Source: an uncultured Clostridia bacterium (GTDB taxonomy: Bacteria; Bacillota; Clostridia; TANB77; CAG-508). Taken from it: DNA of 64,000 nucleotides. Position numbers and translations under genes: made by a program. The notes beneath the pieces were generated by a model. It was not told the DNA's origin. It did no database searches and was given only the letters and a program-made list of their open reading frames with translations. Positions 51,411 through 62,687 of the stretch are shown piece after piece (the first letter of the stretch is position 1; each line of letters starts with the position of its first letter). The DNA lies in contig CALXFF010000001.1 in NCBI GenBank assembly GCA_944387525.1, forward strand, positions 13,242 through 77,241, given 5' to 3'.

Positions 51411-51461
51411 AAAAACTGAAATGCCAGAATCCTTCAAGATTTCTAAACATTTCAGTTTTTT
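51411..51461. terminator. bidirectional terminator hairpin
   Basis: AAAAACTGAAATG-loop-CATTTCAGTTTTT between convergent genes. Confidence 0.6.
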
Positions 51462-51477
51462 ATCTTACTATATTCTA

Positions 51478-52812
51478 TTATTGCACACTAAATGACATTA
51501 CAAATTCATAGTTATCTTTTAGTTGCATAATTATATTTAATGAAATCGTTCCTTCAGTTTCTCCAGTTATATCCGTAAGATTAATTTGCTGTACATATGT
51601 TGAATTTTCACTTGAATATGTTGTATATTCTACATCATAATGTAATGCAAAATTCTCTCTCATATATTGTTCAAAAGCTTCTTCTGAACCCCAATTATTA
51701 TTTCTAAAAGTTTCATCTAATATTTCATATGCATGTGTATAATCTCTATTATTCAACATTTGCACCCATTTATCTATATTCATTGATACTTTATATTGTT
51801 CGTCTGCTGAATCATATGTTTCTTTAAAGTCGTCTGAAATTATAGTATATGTATCTAATCTCATTCTAAAATCTGTAACTGTATCTGTTTCAATAGTATA
51901 AATATTCTCATATTGATCCACTAATAAATATCTATCTTGTCTCAATTCATCATCTATTGTTTCTATTTTATATTGAGTTAGATTTAATTCTCTTATATAT
52001 TCACTATTTTTGCTTATATAATTTTGAAGGTTGTCTGCTGTTTTAAATCTAACATTAGCGTATTCCTCATCTAGATAACCATATGCATGTTCTTTATCAT
52101 ATAATAATATATTTTTCATTGTATCAAAATAATATTTTGATACATCTTCCGCAGTCATTGAAATTATAGGTATATTATTATTAAAATTTTTTTCAATTTC
52201 TATTTCTTGATTACCTTTTACTTCACTTATATCATTTATACTTTCCAGAGGTTCAATTGCAAAAATACTATTAGCACTATCTATAGTTATTAGAAAATAT
52301 TTATATTGATAAAATTTGTCATTTTGAGTAATGATTCCATATGTAACATATTGAAAAGGATTTATATCGGTAATCTTTTTAATATCTAAGATTGTATATT
52401 GTTGTTCAATCTCAACAAATTGTATATAATCAGTAATGTTATTTTCATCTATATTATTAACATCAATATAATCTTCGCTCAGAAAATCTTTTGCTCTCGA
52501 ATAAATTTGACTATTATCTACAACTTTTACCATTTCATCATTATCATCTTTTCCATAATAGATTGAACTATTAATATTAATAGCTTCCAGAAATTTTTCT
52601 ACACATCCATTAACTTGCATTAATTCCGTAATATCTATCTTTTGTAGATATTCTTCGGAAAACTCTCCTATCCCCATAGATTCTCTATCTTCCATAATTG
52701 AATTAGCATCATACTGTAAATCTTCTTCTCTATTTTTAATTAATATAAATGTAATAATTAGTATAATTATTAAAACAATTACTATAAAAATTGATATCTT
52801 TAATTTTTTCAT
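51478..52812 (-). CDS. hypothetical membrane-anchored protein, last gene of the T4SS string
   Basis: N-terminal TM helix, about 420 aa extracytoplasmic region, no motif recognised. Confidence 0.5.
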   Translation of the reverse strand: MKKLKISIFIVIVLIIILIITFILIKNREEDLQYDANSIMEDRESMGIGEFSEEYLQKIDITELMQVNGCVEKFLEAININSSIYYGKDDNDEMVKVVDNSQIYSRAKDFLSEDYIDVNNIDENNITDYIQFVEIEQQYTILDIKKITDINPFQYVTYGIITQNDKFYQYKYFLITIDSANSIFAIEPLESINDISEVKGNQEIEIEKNFNNNIPIISMTAEDVSKYYFDTMKNILLYDKEHAYGYLDEEYANVRFKTADNLQNYISKNSEYIRELNLTQYKIETIDDELRQDRYLLVDQYENIYTIETDTVTDFRMRLDTYTIISDDFKETYDSADEQYKVSMNIDKWVQMLNNRDYTHAYEILDETFRNNNWGSEEAFEQYMRENFALHYDVEYTTYSSENSTYVQQINLTDITGETEGTISLNIIMQLKDNYEFVMSFSVQ

Positions 52813-52826
52813 CCACATCATTCCTT

Positions 52827-55800
52827 TTAATTAGTTACATATAGTACACCTCTATTTACTATATTAATAATATTCTGTACATTAGTCCATCCACCACTTT
52901 TAGAGTCATTTGCACCAACATCAGATACATAAACTTCATTTCCATTCCTTCCATCTAATATTGCAATATAATGTCCACCATAATATTTTGAACCTCTTTC
53001 TGTTACCAATGTACCACTTATACTAACAACTGCTGGTTGTCCTGAAGTAAGTCTTGTTGCATCTGCCGCTTCATATCCCGAACATTGAGCTCCCCCTTCT
53101 GTTAAAAGGGTTGCTAAAACCGGTGTTCTAGAAGCTAAAGTAGCTGGTGTTTGATTATTATTATAACCTGATGTTACAGTTGCAACTGATGTAATTGAAC
53201 ATCCAGACTGTTTTATTGTCTGCGGTGCATAATACTCAAACGTCATACTAGCATATGAACCTGACCATTGCTTATATTCTTTATATGTTCTTCCTATCGA
53301 TGAAGTATATGTTTGAAAATATCCATCTCCAGTAGCTGCCGCAACTTCTCCTCCTCCTGCAGTGTATCCAAAAATCTCTGTCATATAATTCTTTATAGCA
53401 TTTGCCCAATTAGGATCAGTAGCATACGGTACAGCATATAAACTATCAATTAATGTAGGATCTAATCCTGCATTTACCATCTTATCATATTGCCAAGAAC
53501 CTGGATTAGTCCAAGATTTAAGACCCGCACTAACTTGTCTTATCCCTTCTGAAACATCAGCAAATCCCCATGCAGAATCCATTGGAGATGAATCGAATGC
53601 ACCCCATCCCCAAAAATTTCCCTTAGTATTAGCAATATTTGATGTTCCATAATAACTTTCATGTATACCTATACAGAATACAAATCTAGGATCAATTCCA
53701 TCAGCTGTACATATATCATAATAATTTCCTGCATTATCTCTAAAATATTTGTTATAACACTCTACCACTGATCTTCCAAAAGCTGTAACATCAGGTGGTT
53801 GATATGCTTCAGCCGCCGCTATAAATTGTTCTCTCGTACATCCATTGTTCCAGTGTACTGACCAACTTCCTGTTGTAACAGCATTAAATTGTTCTAATGC
53901 ATATTCACCTTCATAATCAAATTTCAATACACCATAAGGCACATTAGTTGCCTTAAAAATCAAATACTTAGTTAAATTAAGTAAGTTAGCTGTCCTTTCG
54001 TTATTTTCAATAATACTAAATAAATAGTCAGAAGTTCTAACCTTTGCTATCATATCATGATCATTATACAACTTAACAAATACATTTTCTCTACCTTCTG
54101 TTTTATATTCTCCAGCTTCATATGTATTTGAAATTGTATGAGTTACTGTTTTTTCACGCCTATAAACAGTATATGAATATCTTATTGGAAAGCCATTATC
54201 ATCAACCTCTCTACTAGGGGCTGTTCCACTATCAAATTCTTCTTCTCCTGAGTAAGAAGATGATGGTCCAGTTTCTGTTACCTTACCTGGCACTTCAACA
54301 ATCTTTTCTTCTTCATTTCCAAGTTCTAAAACAGCTTCACTATAACTATTTTCTTGATATGCTTTCACACACCAAGTACTAACATAAGTCAAATTAACTC
54401 TTGTACTAACTGTTTCAGTAGTACTTCCACTAGAAGTTACTGCACTCCAATCAGTAGAATAATCAGAAAAATCTTTATTATCTGCAACAGTTCTTTGTTC
54501 TGTAGTAATAGTAGTGCTTGTTGTTGTAACATTATCTTGAACTGCAACTACAATCTCTGAATTCATTACTTCATCTGCTAAATCTTCTACAAAATCCTCA
54601 TAATCTGTATCTATATAAAAATACATTAAATATTCATAAGGCATAGTATATTTTTCCAGTGCAGTTTTCAAACTCATAGAATTATTTGTCTTTAATTCTA
54701 GTCCTCCACCTTGACCTACAGACCATGTAGCTACAACTACATTTCTATTTTCATCTAAAGTATATGACTTAATAGCATTTTCAAAATCTCCACTGTCAAT
54801 ATATCCTTGTAAAGTTTCTTCTGGCACATAATGCATATTGATTATTCTAGATTCAACACTAGTAGTATATGTTACTTCTCCAGTATCTGTTGCAGTAAGT
54901 CCACTATGATCTGCTTTAAAATATTCATCAATACTGTCAACGATAGCTTGTGCATATTTATTCACACCATCACCAGCAATAATGCCAGCATCTGGTTCTA
55001 TATTCAAATTTCCACCCATCGCAACTACTGAAGGAAAGCCTGTAGTTCCTGCACTTTCAATTATATTTAAAGAAGCTGCATTACCTTCACTATCTACACA
55101 TTTTGCAGTATCTTCACCTGCCTGTAAATTTGTAAGTCCCATTGAAGATGCTAGATTTTCTGCCAAAATCTCCGCTAATTGCTGTGAAATAAGATCTCCT
55201 TCTTTATATATTGTCTCTACTCCTGATTCATCTCCATCACCAAAATAAATCTGAATACATAAATCAGGATTAGCATTTCTTGCAAGCTGTGTTCTATCTT
55301 CTGGTTCTACACCATCTGGATTATCTGATGTACTTCCTGTTTGAACAACTTTTATATTTGAATATCCACTTAATAATTCTTCCACTCTTTCTGCAACTTG
55401 AATTGTCAATTCTTCTTCTACTAAAGAACCATCTTCACTAACTATACCAGTATCATTATTATTATTTCTTCCTGCTGCAATTGCTACAACATATGTATCT
55501 CCTTCAACTCCTATTGTTTTTTCTTGAGTATCACGTGTTTCACCTACTCTAGAAGTTGTAGCTAATTTAATACTCTCATTAGTATCAGTCAAACTTGAAG
55601 TTTCATTATCTCCAACAGCTTCGACAGTAGATATTTTCAAATATCCTTCAATACCATCTTCTGTTGTAATTTTTACATATATCGTCTGATCTCCAGTTAA
55701 AGCATTATTATATATCTCATATTCACCTTGATATGTAACAATATTTCCTTTATATAATTTTATTTCTTTTGTTGTACTGCCTTCTTGTAACATTGGTGTC

Positions 55801-56507
55801 CAATAATCAGCACCATATAAATCTTCATAAATCGGCGTATCTACAGGAAGAATTTTTAACTTTTGCCCAGAAGTCCAACTCTCTAATTTGTTTCTATCAT
55901 TTCTATCTTCAATTTCTACTGGTTCATTAACTTCTCCTTGCTCTAAATTTGAAGTTTCCCCTTTTCCGACATTTTCCATTACACCAGGATCTTTGTTTGG
56001 AGTTACTCTTCTAATTTGTACTGCTCCTTGGAAACCATCTGTAGAACTACTTGGGATTTCTCCTCCTAAATCAGGAAATTGGGTAACAACTTCTGCTTTT
56101 AACATTTTCTTTAAGAAATTTACATCATCTGGTACATTATGGTATTCTCCATTTTTATTCATTTTATTAATAATTTCTTCCAATTTTTTATCAATATCAT
56201 CAACAAAATCTAAATAATAGCCTCCACTACCATTTTCTTTAATTACTACTAGTTCTGCTACATCTTCTATTTCAAAAGTATCATATATTAATTGTGGATT
56301 ATTTTCTGCTGTAAACAACTCCACAGCTAAATCAATTATCCCTAATACAAATGATGTAGCAAATACCGCTATTAATATATAAGGAATAATAGGTGATAAA
56401 ACTGCTAGTCCTTTTAATGCAACCTTTTTTGCTAATTTTTTTGCTTCCTTTTTACCCTTTTCCTTTGCTCCATCTTTTAAATTTCTAATTATCCCCAATT
56501 TTCTCAC
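52827..56507 (-). CDS. multidomain peptidoglycan hydrolase of a conjugation-type T4SS (amidase-like, glucosaminidase-like, Cys-peptidase-like)
   Basis: N-terminal TM. Central Amidase_3-like segment (VVAIAAGRNNNND...CIQIYFGDGDESGVET). GNFWGWGAFDSSP glucosaminidase-like segment. C-terminal SGCSITSVA...GGHYIAILDG papain-like Cys/His pair. 1226 aa. Confidence 0.7.
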   Translation of the reverse strand: MRKLGIIRNLKDGAKEKGKKEAKKLAKKVALKGLAVLSPIIPYILIAVFATSFVLGIIDLAVELFTAENNPQLIYDTFEIEDVAELVVIKENGSGGYYLDFVDDIDKKLEEIINKMNKNGEYHNVPDDVNFLKKMLKAEVVTQFPDLGGEIPSSSTDGFQGAVQIRRVTPNKDPGVMENVGKGETSNLEQGEVNEPVEIEDRNDRNKLESWTSGQKLKILPVDTPIYEDLYGADYWTPMLQEGSTTKEIKLYKGNIVTYQGEYEIYNNALTGDQTIYVKITTEDGIEGYLKISTVEAVGDNETSSLTDTNESIKLATTSRVGETRDTQEKTIGVEGDTYVVAIAAGRNNNNDTGIVSEDGSLVEEELTIQVAERVEELLSGYSNIKVVQTGSTSDNPDGVEPEDRTQLARNANPDLCIQIYFGDGDESGVETIYKEGDLISQQLAEILAENLASSMGLTNLQAGEDTAKCVDSEGNAASLNIIESAGTTGFPSVVAMGGNLNIEPDAGIIAGDGVNKYAQAIVDSIDEYFKADHSGLTATDTGEVTYTTSVESRIINMHYVPEETLQGYIDSGDFENAIKSYTLDENRNVVVATWSVGQGGGLELKTNNSMSLKTALEKYTMPYEYLMYFYIDTDYEDFVEDLADEVMNSEIVVAVQDNVTTTSTTITTEQRTVADNKDFSDYSTDWSAVTSSGSTTETVSTRVNLTYVSTWCVKAYQENSYSEAVLELGNEEEKIVEVPGKVTETGPSSSYSGEEEFDSGTAPSREVDDNGFPIRYSYTVYRREKTVTHTISNTYEAGEYKTEGRENVFVKLYNDHDMIAKVRTSDYLFSIIENNERTANLLNLTKYLIFKATNVPYGVLKFDYEGEYALEQFNAVTTGSWSVHWNNGCTREQFIAAAEAYQPPDVTAFGRSVVECYNKYFRDNAGNYYDICTADGIDPRFVFCIGIHESYYGTSNIANTKGNFWGWGAFDSSPMDSAWGFADVSEGIRQVSAGLKSWTNPGSWQYDKMVNAGLDPTLIDSLYAVPYATDPNWANAIKNYMTEIFGYTAGGGEVAAATGDGYFQTYTSSIGRTYKEYKQWSGSYASMTFEYYAPQTIKQSGCSITSVATVTSGYNNNQTPATLASRTPVLATLLTEGGAQCSGYEAADATRLTSGQPAVVSISGTLVTERGSKYYGGHYIAILDGRNGNEVYVSDVGANDSKSGGWTNVQNIINIVNRGVLYVTN

Positions 56508-56518
56508 CTCTTTTCGGT

Positions 56519-57466
56519 TTATAATTCTACAGTAAAGGTCTGTCCCTCAATTTCAGTATCTTGACTATATTCAGAGCTATTAACTATATCTGTAAAATTA
56601 ATGCTTTTTATTTCTAATCCTTCTCTATATGAATCACTAAATTTTATCTGAATAGTCTTCATTTCCTTAGCAGCAAACTCTAAATCATTATCACTATTTT
56701 CATATAATAATGCTTCAAATTTATTACCTAATTTATCTTCAACATAACATGTATTTGTTTTCCTTCTAGTATCCAATAACATTGTTTCTTCTGTCTTATT
56801 TTGTATATTCAATGTATAAATCTCATAATCTAAATATCTATCTACATTAACTACTTGAACAGAAAAATTATCATCTTCACTTTTTATATTTATTTGCTCT
56901 CTACCTAAATAACTATTTAAATTTAGCTTATATTCTCCAGACTCAACAGTGACTGTTACATATTCCTCAACATAGTTATCACTTGTCTGGCCTGTTGCAA
57001 GCATATTATCAAATATTCTAACTTGATAAATATATAATCCATCTGATCTAGACCAAGATTGAAATGAAAATTGCTTATTTCCACTAAATCTATTAGAATA
57101 ATAATTAGTTTCAAATAATTGCTCTGTTTGATATAATAATTGCTTAGTATCATTTGAAACCATGTTATAAGCTTTTTGTGGTTCGTGATTTATGCAATAT
57201 GTAAAAAATTGGTTTATAAAAGTTCCAACTTCTTCAGAATATGTGCTAGAAACACTCCCTCCTGTTATAATTGATTTGCTCTCATTACGATAAGAAACAA
57301 CATTTGATGTTGTTTCTTGATTATTATTATTTTCTTCATTTGAATTTGCTTGGTCTCTAAATGCACTATTTACAACTTGAAGTAATAGCCATCCTAATAT
57401 AATAGCTAGTAATATAACCCAAATTTTTATTCTATTTTGATTATAATATCTCAATAATTTATGCAT
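56519..57466 (-). CDS. bitopic membrane protein, possible TcpC/VirB8-like T4SS component
   Basis: Single N-terminal TM plus about 270 aa extracytoplasmic domain. The assignment rests on position and topology only. Confidence 0.4.
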   Translation of the reverse strand: MHKLLRYYNQNRIKIWVILLAIILGWLLLQVVNSAFRDQANSNEENNNNQETTSNVVSYRNESKSIITGGSVSSTYSEEVGTFINQFFTYCINHEPQKAYNMVSNDTKQLLYQTEQLFETNYYSNRFSGNKQFSFQSWSRSDGLYIYQVRIFDNMLATGQTSDNYVEEYVTVTVESGEYKLNLNSYLGREQINIKSEDDNFSVQVVNVDRYLDYEIYTLNIQNKTEETMLLDTRRKTNTCYVEDKLGNKFEALLYENSDNDLEFAAKEMKTIQIKFSDSYREGLEIKSINFTDIVNSSEYSQDTEIEGQTFTVEL

Positions 57467-57510
57467 AATATTTCCTCTTTCAAATTATATGAACTTATTT
57501 AAATTACCTT

Positions 57511-60500
57511 TTATTGCGGTTGATTCGGTGGTTGTTGTGGATTTCTTCTAGGTCTACCTGGTCTTCTCCTAGGTTGATTTGTAGAATCTGGTCTTTCTAC
57601 CTGCCCAGGTTGTTGTCTCTGTCTTCGTGTTGTTCCAGATTGCTGAGATGTCTGTCTAGTTTGACTGCCAGAACTTGGTTGTTGTGTCTGCCTAGGTGAT
57701 TGTACCTGTCTAGGTGGTTGTGCCGTAGAATCTGATTGCTGTGCTTGTCTAGTCGTTGTTCTTGAAGAACCTTGTTGTTGTGTTGTTCCTGTAGATGTTG
57801 CTTGTTGTTGTGTCTGAGTTTGTTGTTGAGGAGGATTTATAGCATATCTATTAGCTGTTTTTTCATTAAATCCTAACGTTTCTGTATAGAGTTTCCATAC
57901 CTCATTTTGATTTTGTTCTCCATTAACTTTATCCTTTATTAAAGTCTGCAAACTATTACGCTTTTTGTCATCTATTACATAATCTCTTCCATAACTGTTT
58001 GCCATATTAACAACATCCATCATTTTTTCATGATTATCACCATTTACACCACCATATTTTGCTTCCATTGTTAGTCCATTCTCTATTTGCTTTTCATCAG
58101 TAATTCCGGCCTTTCTATAATCAAATGCCGATTTCATTAAATCTTCCGTACTAACATCTCGTCCAGTCGCTGTTTTTATTCTTCCAGCCATTTCTTCATA
58201 TTTCTCTTGTTCATTCTTATTATCCAAAAATTGTTGTCTCACTCTCGCATTTTGCCTTTGAGCTGCCTGTTCAGCTGCATAACCTACACCATACATATCT
58301 TTGTCCCTATTATATTGAAACTCCTCCTGTTTATCTCTAACCTTATCCACAACAGCATTTCTACCTTTCAATGCTGCTTCTGGTAAATTTCCAGCTGCTT
58401 TTCCAATTCGATTACCAGCAATAGCACCTGCTCCCATATACGTTATAGCTTTTGACATATCTCCTGTTGTCAATCCTGCTGCTAGCCCAACAGTTGCTCC
58501 TCCAACTGTTCCTGTAACTTGAGAAGCAATTTTAACTCCTGTAAGTACCATCTTACCTAGTTTTTCAGCTCTTCGTATTCTTCTTCTACTCTTCCAATCT
58601 GGTCGTCTTTCTGGAATTCCTATATCTACATTATTTCTAGTTTGAGTACTTTGTTGTCCATTATTTGCTATAGCATTTTCACCAGGCATAGATAATTGTT
58701 CTGGTTGATTTTGTTGACCTAACTGGTTAAAGTCATTTTGTTCAGTTGGTTCTTCTTGTTCTGGCTCTTCTTGTCCTATAAATCCTCTATCTCTCATGTC
58801 TCCATTAATAAGGTCAATTTGTTGTTGAGCTTCCTCTCTGTCTAAATCAGATGCGTTAGGGTCATCTACTATACTTTGCCATGCGTCCCTAGTATCTAAC
58901 ATGTCTTGATATTGTCGTTCCTCATCACTTATAAATCCTCTATCCCTCATGTCTCCATTAATAAGATCAACTTGTTGTTGGGCTTCTTCTCTGTCTGAAT
59001 CAGATGTGTTAGGATCATCTATTATACTTTGCCATGCATCTCTATCATCTAACATTCTCTGATGTTCTGGTGAGGTAGCTTCTTGTTGTCTCTGGCCGAA
59101 AGGTTGCTGTTGTTGTCCTTCTTGTTGCGCATCTGCTTGATTTTCATTAATAGAACTATCACCTTGTGGCAATTGTTGAGAATTATTTCCATTGTTAAAT
59201 GACTCTAAAAATCCTCTTTCTTGTGTTCTAACTCTATTACTACTATTTCTATCAGTTGTTGTTGAAGTATTTGAATTACTTCCACCTGATTTTTTATCTT
59301 TTCCTCCACCAAGAAAAGAAGCAACTTGTTTAAGTCCTGTCATAGTAGCTGCACCTGCTGCAAATGATCCAAATCCACTTGGAGAATCTGCCTTATCCAT
59401 ACCAAACATCTTCTTAATAAACTTCTCTGCTGGTATTAAAAATGCAATTGCAACTAAAGCATATATTATATTCTGTTTTACTAAGTCCATTGCAGAAGAA
59501 ACTAAGGCTACATATAATATTAGGTGAACAGGTTGTAGTATTAAGTTCATGGTATATTCCTTGAACCATAAATTAAAAGCTTGTGCTTGACCATCTCCCG
59601 CTTTATCAATTGGATATGTTAAAGCTACTAGTGGTGCTATCATTGTAAAGAATGCCATATACAAAAATCTTTTAAAATACATAAATGTAAATACATATGT
59701 ATAAATTACTAGGGCTATATATATTATTGTATATGCTGCAGTATTATACATATCCGTAGATTGAGCATTAAATCTTGCAAAACCTATTAAATTAGTTCTA
59801 AAATATATATTACCATTTTGAGCCCTTGACGAATCACTTGCTACTTGAATTGTAATTCCTGAATTTGCACTTTTGCTAAATAAATCTGTAAATTTATCTG
59901 TTATCATTAATAATCCAGACATTATAAAATGTATAAAAAATACCAAACATAAAGCAACCACCCAACTTCTTAAAGATTCTTTGTATTTTGCTTTATCTAC
60001 TGCTGTTGAACTAATTAATATCCTAATTCCTAAATATACTAATACAGATAAAAGTCCTACTATAGCAATATTTCTAAAAGATATATACCAATCTGAAATT
60101 GTTTGTCTTAACATTTCTCCTGCAGAATGTGCTGCTTCCTGAGCACTATCAGTTTCAGAAACAGAAGTATAAGTATTTGGATTCAAAAAGTTAACATCTA
60201 ATGCCGCTATATTATTTGAAAATATAGCTTCAGGTGAATACAAGAAGTTTGGTATATCAAAATTTTCTCCCAATATCCATGAAAAGAATTCACTCGTATT
60301 GATTACTCCTTCACCGTACTGAAAATCTATTTCTTCTTCTGGAGCTTCATTAAGTTCTGGTTTTGGATCATTTGGATCAACATACAACCATGAATCAGGA
60401 TTATTAATATTTGCATTTTCATCCGAAAGCATTGCAGAAGTAATACCATCTGCACCTAACATAAAGTAGTTTAACACTCCCATCGCAATATCTCCAACTG

Positions 60501-60702
60501 CAGCAATTATCTGTATAATCTGTTTTAACAGTGATGTCATAATATTATTTCTACCCTCATCAGGCAAATCCTCTTGTTCTATAACCTCTGTCGCTTGCAC
60601 ACTACTATAATTTGGAGTTACTGCAAATATCAATATTAACGCTACTAGTAAAATTATTAATATCTTTCGTGCCACACTTTCTTTTCTAGTTAAAAACTTC
60701 AT
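57511..60702 (-). CDS. polytopic T4SS channel protein (VirB6/TcpH/Orf15-like) with long Q/P/T-rich C-terminal region
   Basis: Multiple TM helices in the first roughly 450 aa, then low-complexity Q-rich segments, a duplicated 51-aa unit and a basic P/Q-rich tail. Position next to VirB4. Confidence 0.6.
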   Translation of the reverse strand: MKFLTRKESVARKILIILLVALILIFAVTPNYSSVQATEVIEQEDLPDEGRNNIMTSLLKQIIQIIAAVGDIAMGVLNYFMLGADGITSAMLSDENANINNPDSWLYVDPNDPKPELNEAPEEEIDFQYGEGVINTSEFFSWILGENFDIPNFLYSPEAIFSNNIAALDVNFLNPNTYTSVSETDSAQEAAHSAGEMLRQTISDWYISFRNIAIVGLLSVLVYLGIRILISSTAVDKAKYKESLRSWVVALCLVFFIHFIMSGLLMITDKFTDLFSKSANSGITIQVASDSSRAQNGNIYFRTNLIGFARFNAQSTDMYNTAAYTIIYIALVIYTYVFTFMYFKRFLYMAFFTMIAPLVALTYPIDKAGDGQAQAFNLWFKEYTMNLILQPVHLILYVALVSSAMDLVKQNIIYALVAIAFLIPAEKFIKKMFGMDKADSPSGFGSFAAGAATMTGLKQVASFLGGGKDKKSGGSNSNTSTTTDRNSSNRVRTQERGFLESFNNGNNSQQLPQGDSSINENQADAQQEGQQQQPFGQRQQEATSPEHQRMLDDRDAWQSIIDDPNTSDSDREEAQQQVDLINGDMRDRGFISDEERQYQDMLDTRDAWQSIVDDPNASDLDREEAQQQIDLINGDMRDRGFIGQEEPEQEEPTEQNDFNQLGQQNQPEQLSMPGENAIANNGQQSTQTRNNVDIGIPERRPDWKSRRRIRRAEKLGKMVLTGVKIASQVTGTVGGATVGLAAGLTTGDMSKAITYMGAGAIAGNRIGKAAGNLPEAALKGRNAVVDKVRDKQEEFQYNRDKDMYGVGYAAEQAAQRQNARVRQQFLDNKNEQEKYEEMAGRIKTATGRDVSTEDLMKSAFDYRKAGITDEKQIENGLTMEAKYGGVNGDNHEKMMDVVNMANSYGRDYVIDDKKRNSLQTLIKDKVNGEQNQNEVWKLYTETLGFNEKTANRYAINPPQQQTQTQQQATSTGTTQQQGSSRTTTRQAQQSDSTAQPPRQVQSPRQTQQPSSGSQTRQTSQQSGTTRRQRQQPGQVERPDSTNQPRRRPGRPRRNPQQPPNQPQ
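58779..59054 (-). repeat. tandem duplication (153-nt period) inside the VirB6-like ORF
   Basis: Encodes ML-D-RDAWQSI-DDPN-SD-DREEAQQQ-DLINGDMRDRGFI twice. The DNA copies are clearly alignable by eye. Confidence 0.8.
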
Positions 60703-60716
60703 TTTTTCCTCCTAAA

Positions 60717-62687
60717 TTAAACATTTCCTGTAGCCTTTCTCATTTTAACTAATTTATTTAAGTTTGTTTCAACAAATTCAAATTCCTTAGCTGTTGGAGT
60801 TATTTGTAAAATAGCTGTATCTGAACCAACTTTCAATAACCCCTCTCCTTTTAAACATGTAATCAAGAAATTAGCTTCACCATCACTTAATTTAAATACT
60901 TTTTTCAAATATTCAATCTCTGACTTATCCTGTGCTAAAAACAATTTTGTATCTGATGAAGTTAAAACTGCTTGCGCTTCTGGTTTCTCATAAAAATCTT
61001 GAAATCTTTGAGAAACTATTGCTAATGAAACATTTCTTTTCCTTGCACGTCTTGCCATTGTATTTAAAAAATCTACGGCTTCTGGATATGGCAATAACAT
61101 CCAAGCCTCATCAACTAGCACTCTCTTTTGTCTTGCTTTTGTTCTATCTTCACTATTTTTCTTTACGTATTTTTCCCAAATCCAAGAAAGTAATATTTGT
61201 TGAGCAAGTGGTCTTGCAAACCTTTCCTCTAATTGAGAAATATCAAGATTTATAAATGTTGCTCCATCTAATAATTCAAAAGTAGATTGTCCATCAAAAT
61301 ATGCCATTTGCCCATTATACTCTCTAATATATTGTCTCATAACTTTTAATAAATAACTAAAATGGAATTGATAGTTACTATCTTTATTATCTTTTGCTTT
61401 TTGCTCAATTCTTTTATACCAACTTCCTATTGTTGGCATTTCTTTTTTCTCTCTGTATAATTTATCTCCTCTTTGGAAACTACCTCCACTTTTATATAAA
61501 CTAGCCGGATCATTTGTAATTCCTCTGGCTTTATATTCTTCTGCTACGGATTCGGCAATTACTTGTTTTGTAAGTTCATTTACTTCTCTACTCCTTGTAC
61601 TTCCTCTTGCCATCGTAAGTAAAGCTTGCGTAACATCCTCAACCTTATTTTCAACATTTAAAACAATTCTATCCCTACCTGTAATTTCATCCTTTATAGT
61701 TTCAGGCTCTATATCAAATAAATTTATTACAGTTTTTGAATTTGGACTTAACACTACATTAATTCCACCCAAACTTTCTGCAACTATTTGATACTCTCCT
61801 TCAGCATCTAGTGCTAAACTTTCGATTCCCATTAATATAGCTGATCTTGAAATTAAAGTTTTCATCGTAACAGATTTACCAGCACCAGATTTAGCAAATA
61901 CTACCATATTATAATTTGTTAAAGATGGATGGAAATTATCAAATAATATTGGAGTACCTGTTTGCTTATTAAATCCAAGAGGTATTCCAGTAGGATGCCC
62001 AACTTCTGATGTAGTAAATGGAAATACTGTTCCCATAGATCTACTATCAAAAGAATGTTTTTTCTTAACTTTATCATCCATTAATGGTACATTTGATTTA
62101 AAAGCATCTTCTTGTATTGCCCATGCACTTTTTATACCTACTAACGATTTAGACATTTCCGTAGATAATAATTTAGTTAATCTATCTAAGTCCTCCAAGT
62201 TATATGTAAATAAAGTTGCTATTATTGAAGCCTCATACATTTTATTAAAACCTGCTGCAATTTCATCTCTTAACTGTTCTGCTTCAAATCTCTTTTGAGT
62301 TAAAGTACTTTCCCTATTTATATTTCCTCTATCTGCTGCAACAATTCTTTCTGTTTCTAATTCATTTATTACTTTATTTAATTCATTTTGAGATCTAGCT
62401 TCAGCAATTGGTGTAATATATATTGATGTATTAACATCTCCAAAGAAGTATAAATCTCTGAATAACTCCGGAAAGGTACACATACGTGGTAAATTAGAAA
62501 TAAAGAAACTTCTAGCATATCTTTTTACATTTGAAATTATTTCTAAATGATCAATTTTTGAAGCATCTATTCCAGAAGGTGCAATCAATTCTTTTATTGT
62601 TTTTCTTCTTAAAATACCTGGTTCTTCTTGCTTAGCTATTAACTGTTTTCTTCTTTCTTCCTCTAGTTGTTTTTTTGATTTCCTCAT
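60717..62687 (-). CDS. VirB4-family T4SS ATPase (TcpF/Orf16/ConE-like)
   Basis: Walker A FAKSGAGKSV, Walker B VLVDEAW, ELIAPSGID N-terminal region typical of Gram-positive VirB4 homologues. An alternative ATG lies at 62708. Confidence 0.8.
   Translation of the reverse strand: MRKSKKQLEEERRKQLIAKQEEPGILRRKTIKELIAPSGIDASKIDHLEIISNVKRYARSFFISNLPRMCTFPELFRDLYFFGDVNTSIYITPIAEARSQNELNKVINELETERIVAADRGNINRESTLTQKRFEAEQLRDEIAAGFNKMYEASIIATLFTYNLEDLDRLTKLLSTEMSKSLVGIKSAWAIQEDAFKSNVPLMDDKVKKKHSFDSRSMGTVFPFTTSEVGHPTGIPLGFNKQTGTPILFDNFHPSLTNYNMVVFAKSGAGKSVTMKTLISRSAILMGIESLALDAEGEYQIVAESLGGINVVLSPNSKTVINLFDIEPETIKDEITGRDRIVLNVENKVEDVTQALLTMARGSTRSREVNELTKQVIAESVAEEYKARGITNDPASLYKSGGSFQRGDKLYREKKEMPTIGSWYKRIEQKAKDNKDSNYQFHFSYLLKVMRQYIREYNGQMAYFDGQSTFELLDGATFINLDISQLEERFARPLAQQILLSWIWEKYVKKNSEDRTKARQKRVLVDEAWMLLPYPEAVDFLNTMARRARKRNVSLAIVSQRFQDFYEKPEAQAVLTSSDTKLFLAQDKSEIEYLKKVFKLSDGEANFLITCLKGEGLLKVGSDTAILQITPTAKEFEFVETNLNKLVKMRKATGNV

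Noticed and set aside
54354-56217. Plus-strand ORFs inside the hydrolase gene (54354..54560, 54831..55248, 55888..56217).
   Set aside because: They are antisense shadows of a long, well-supported minus-strand ORF.
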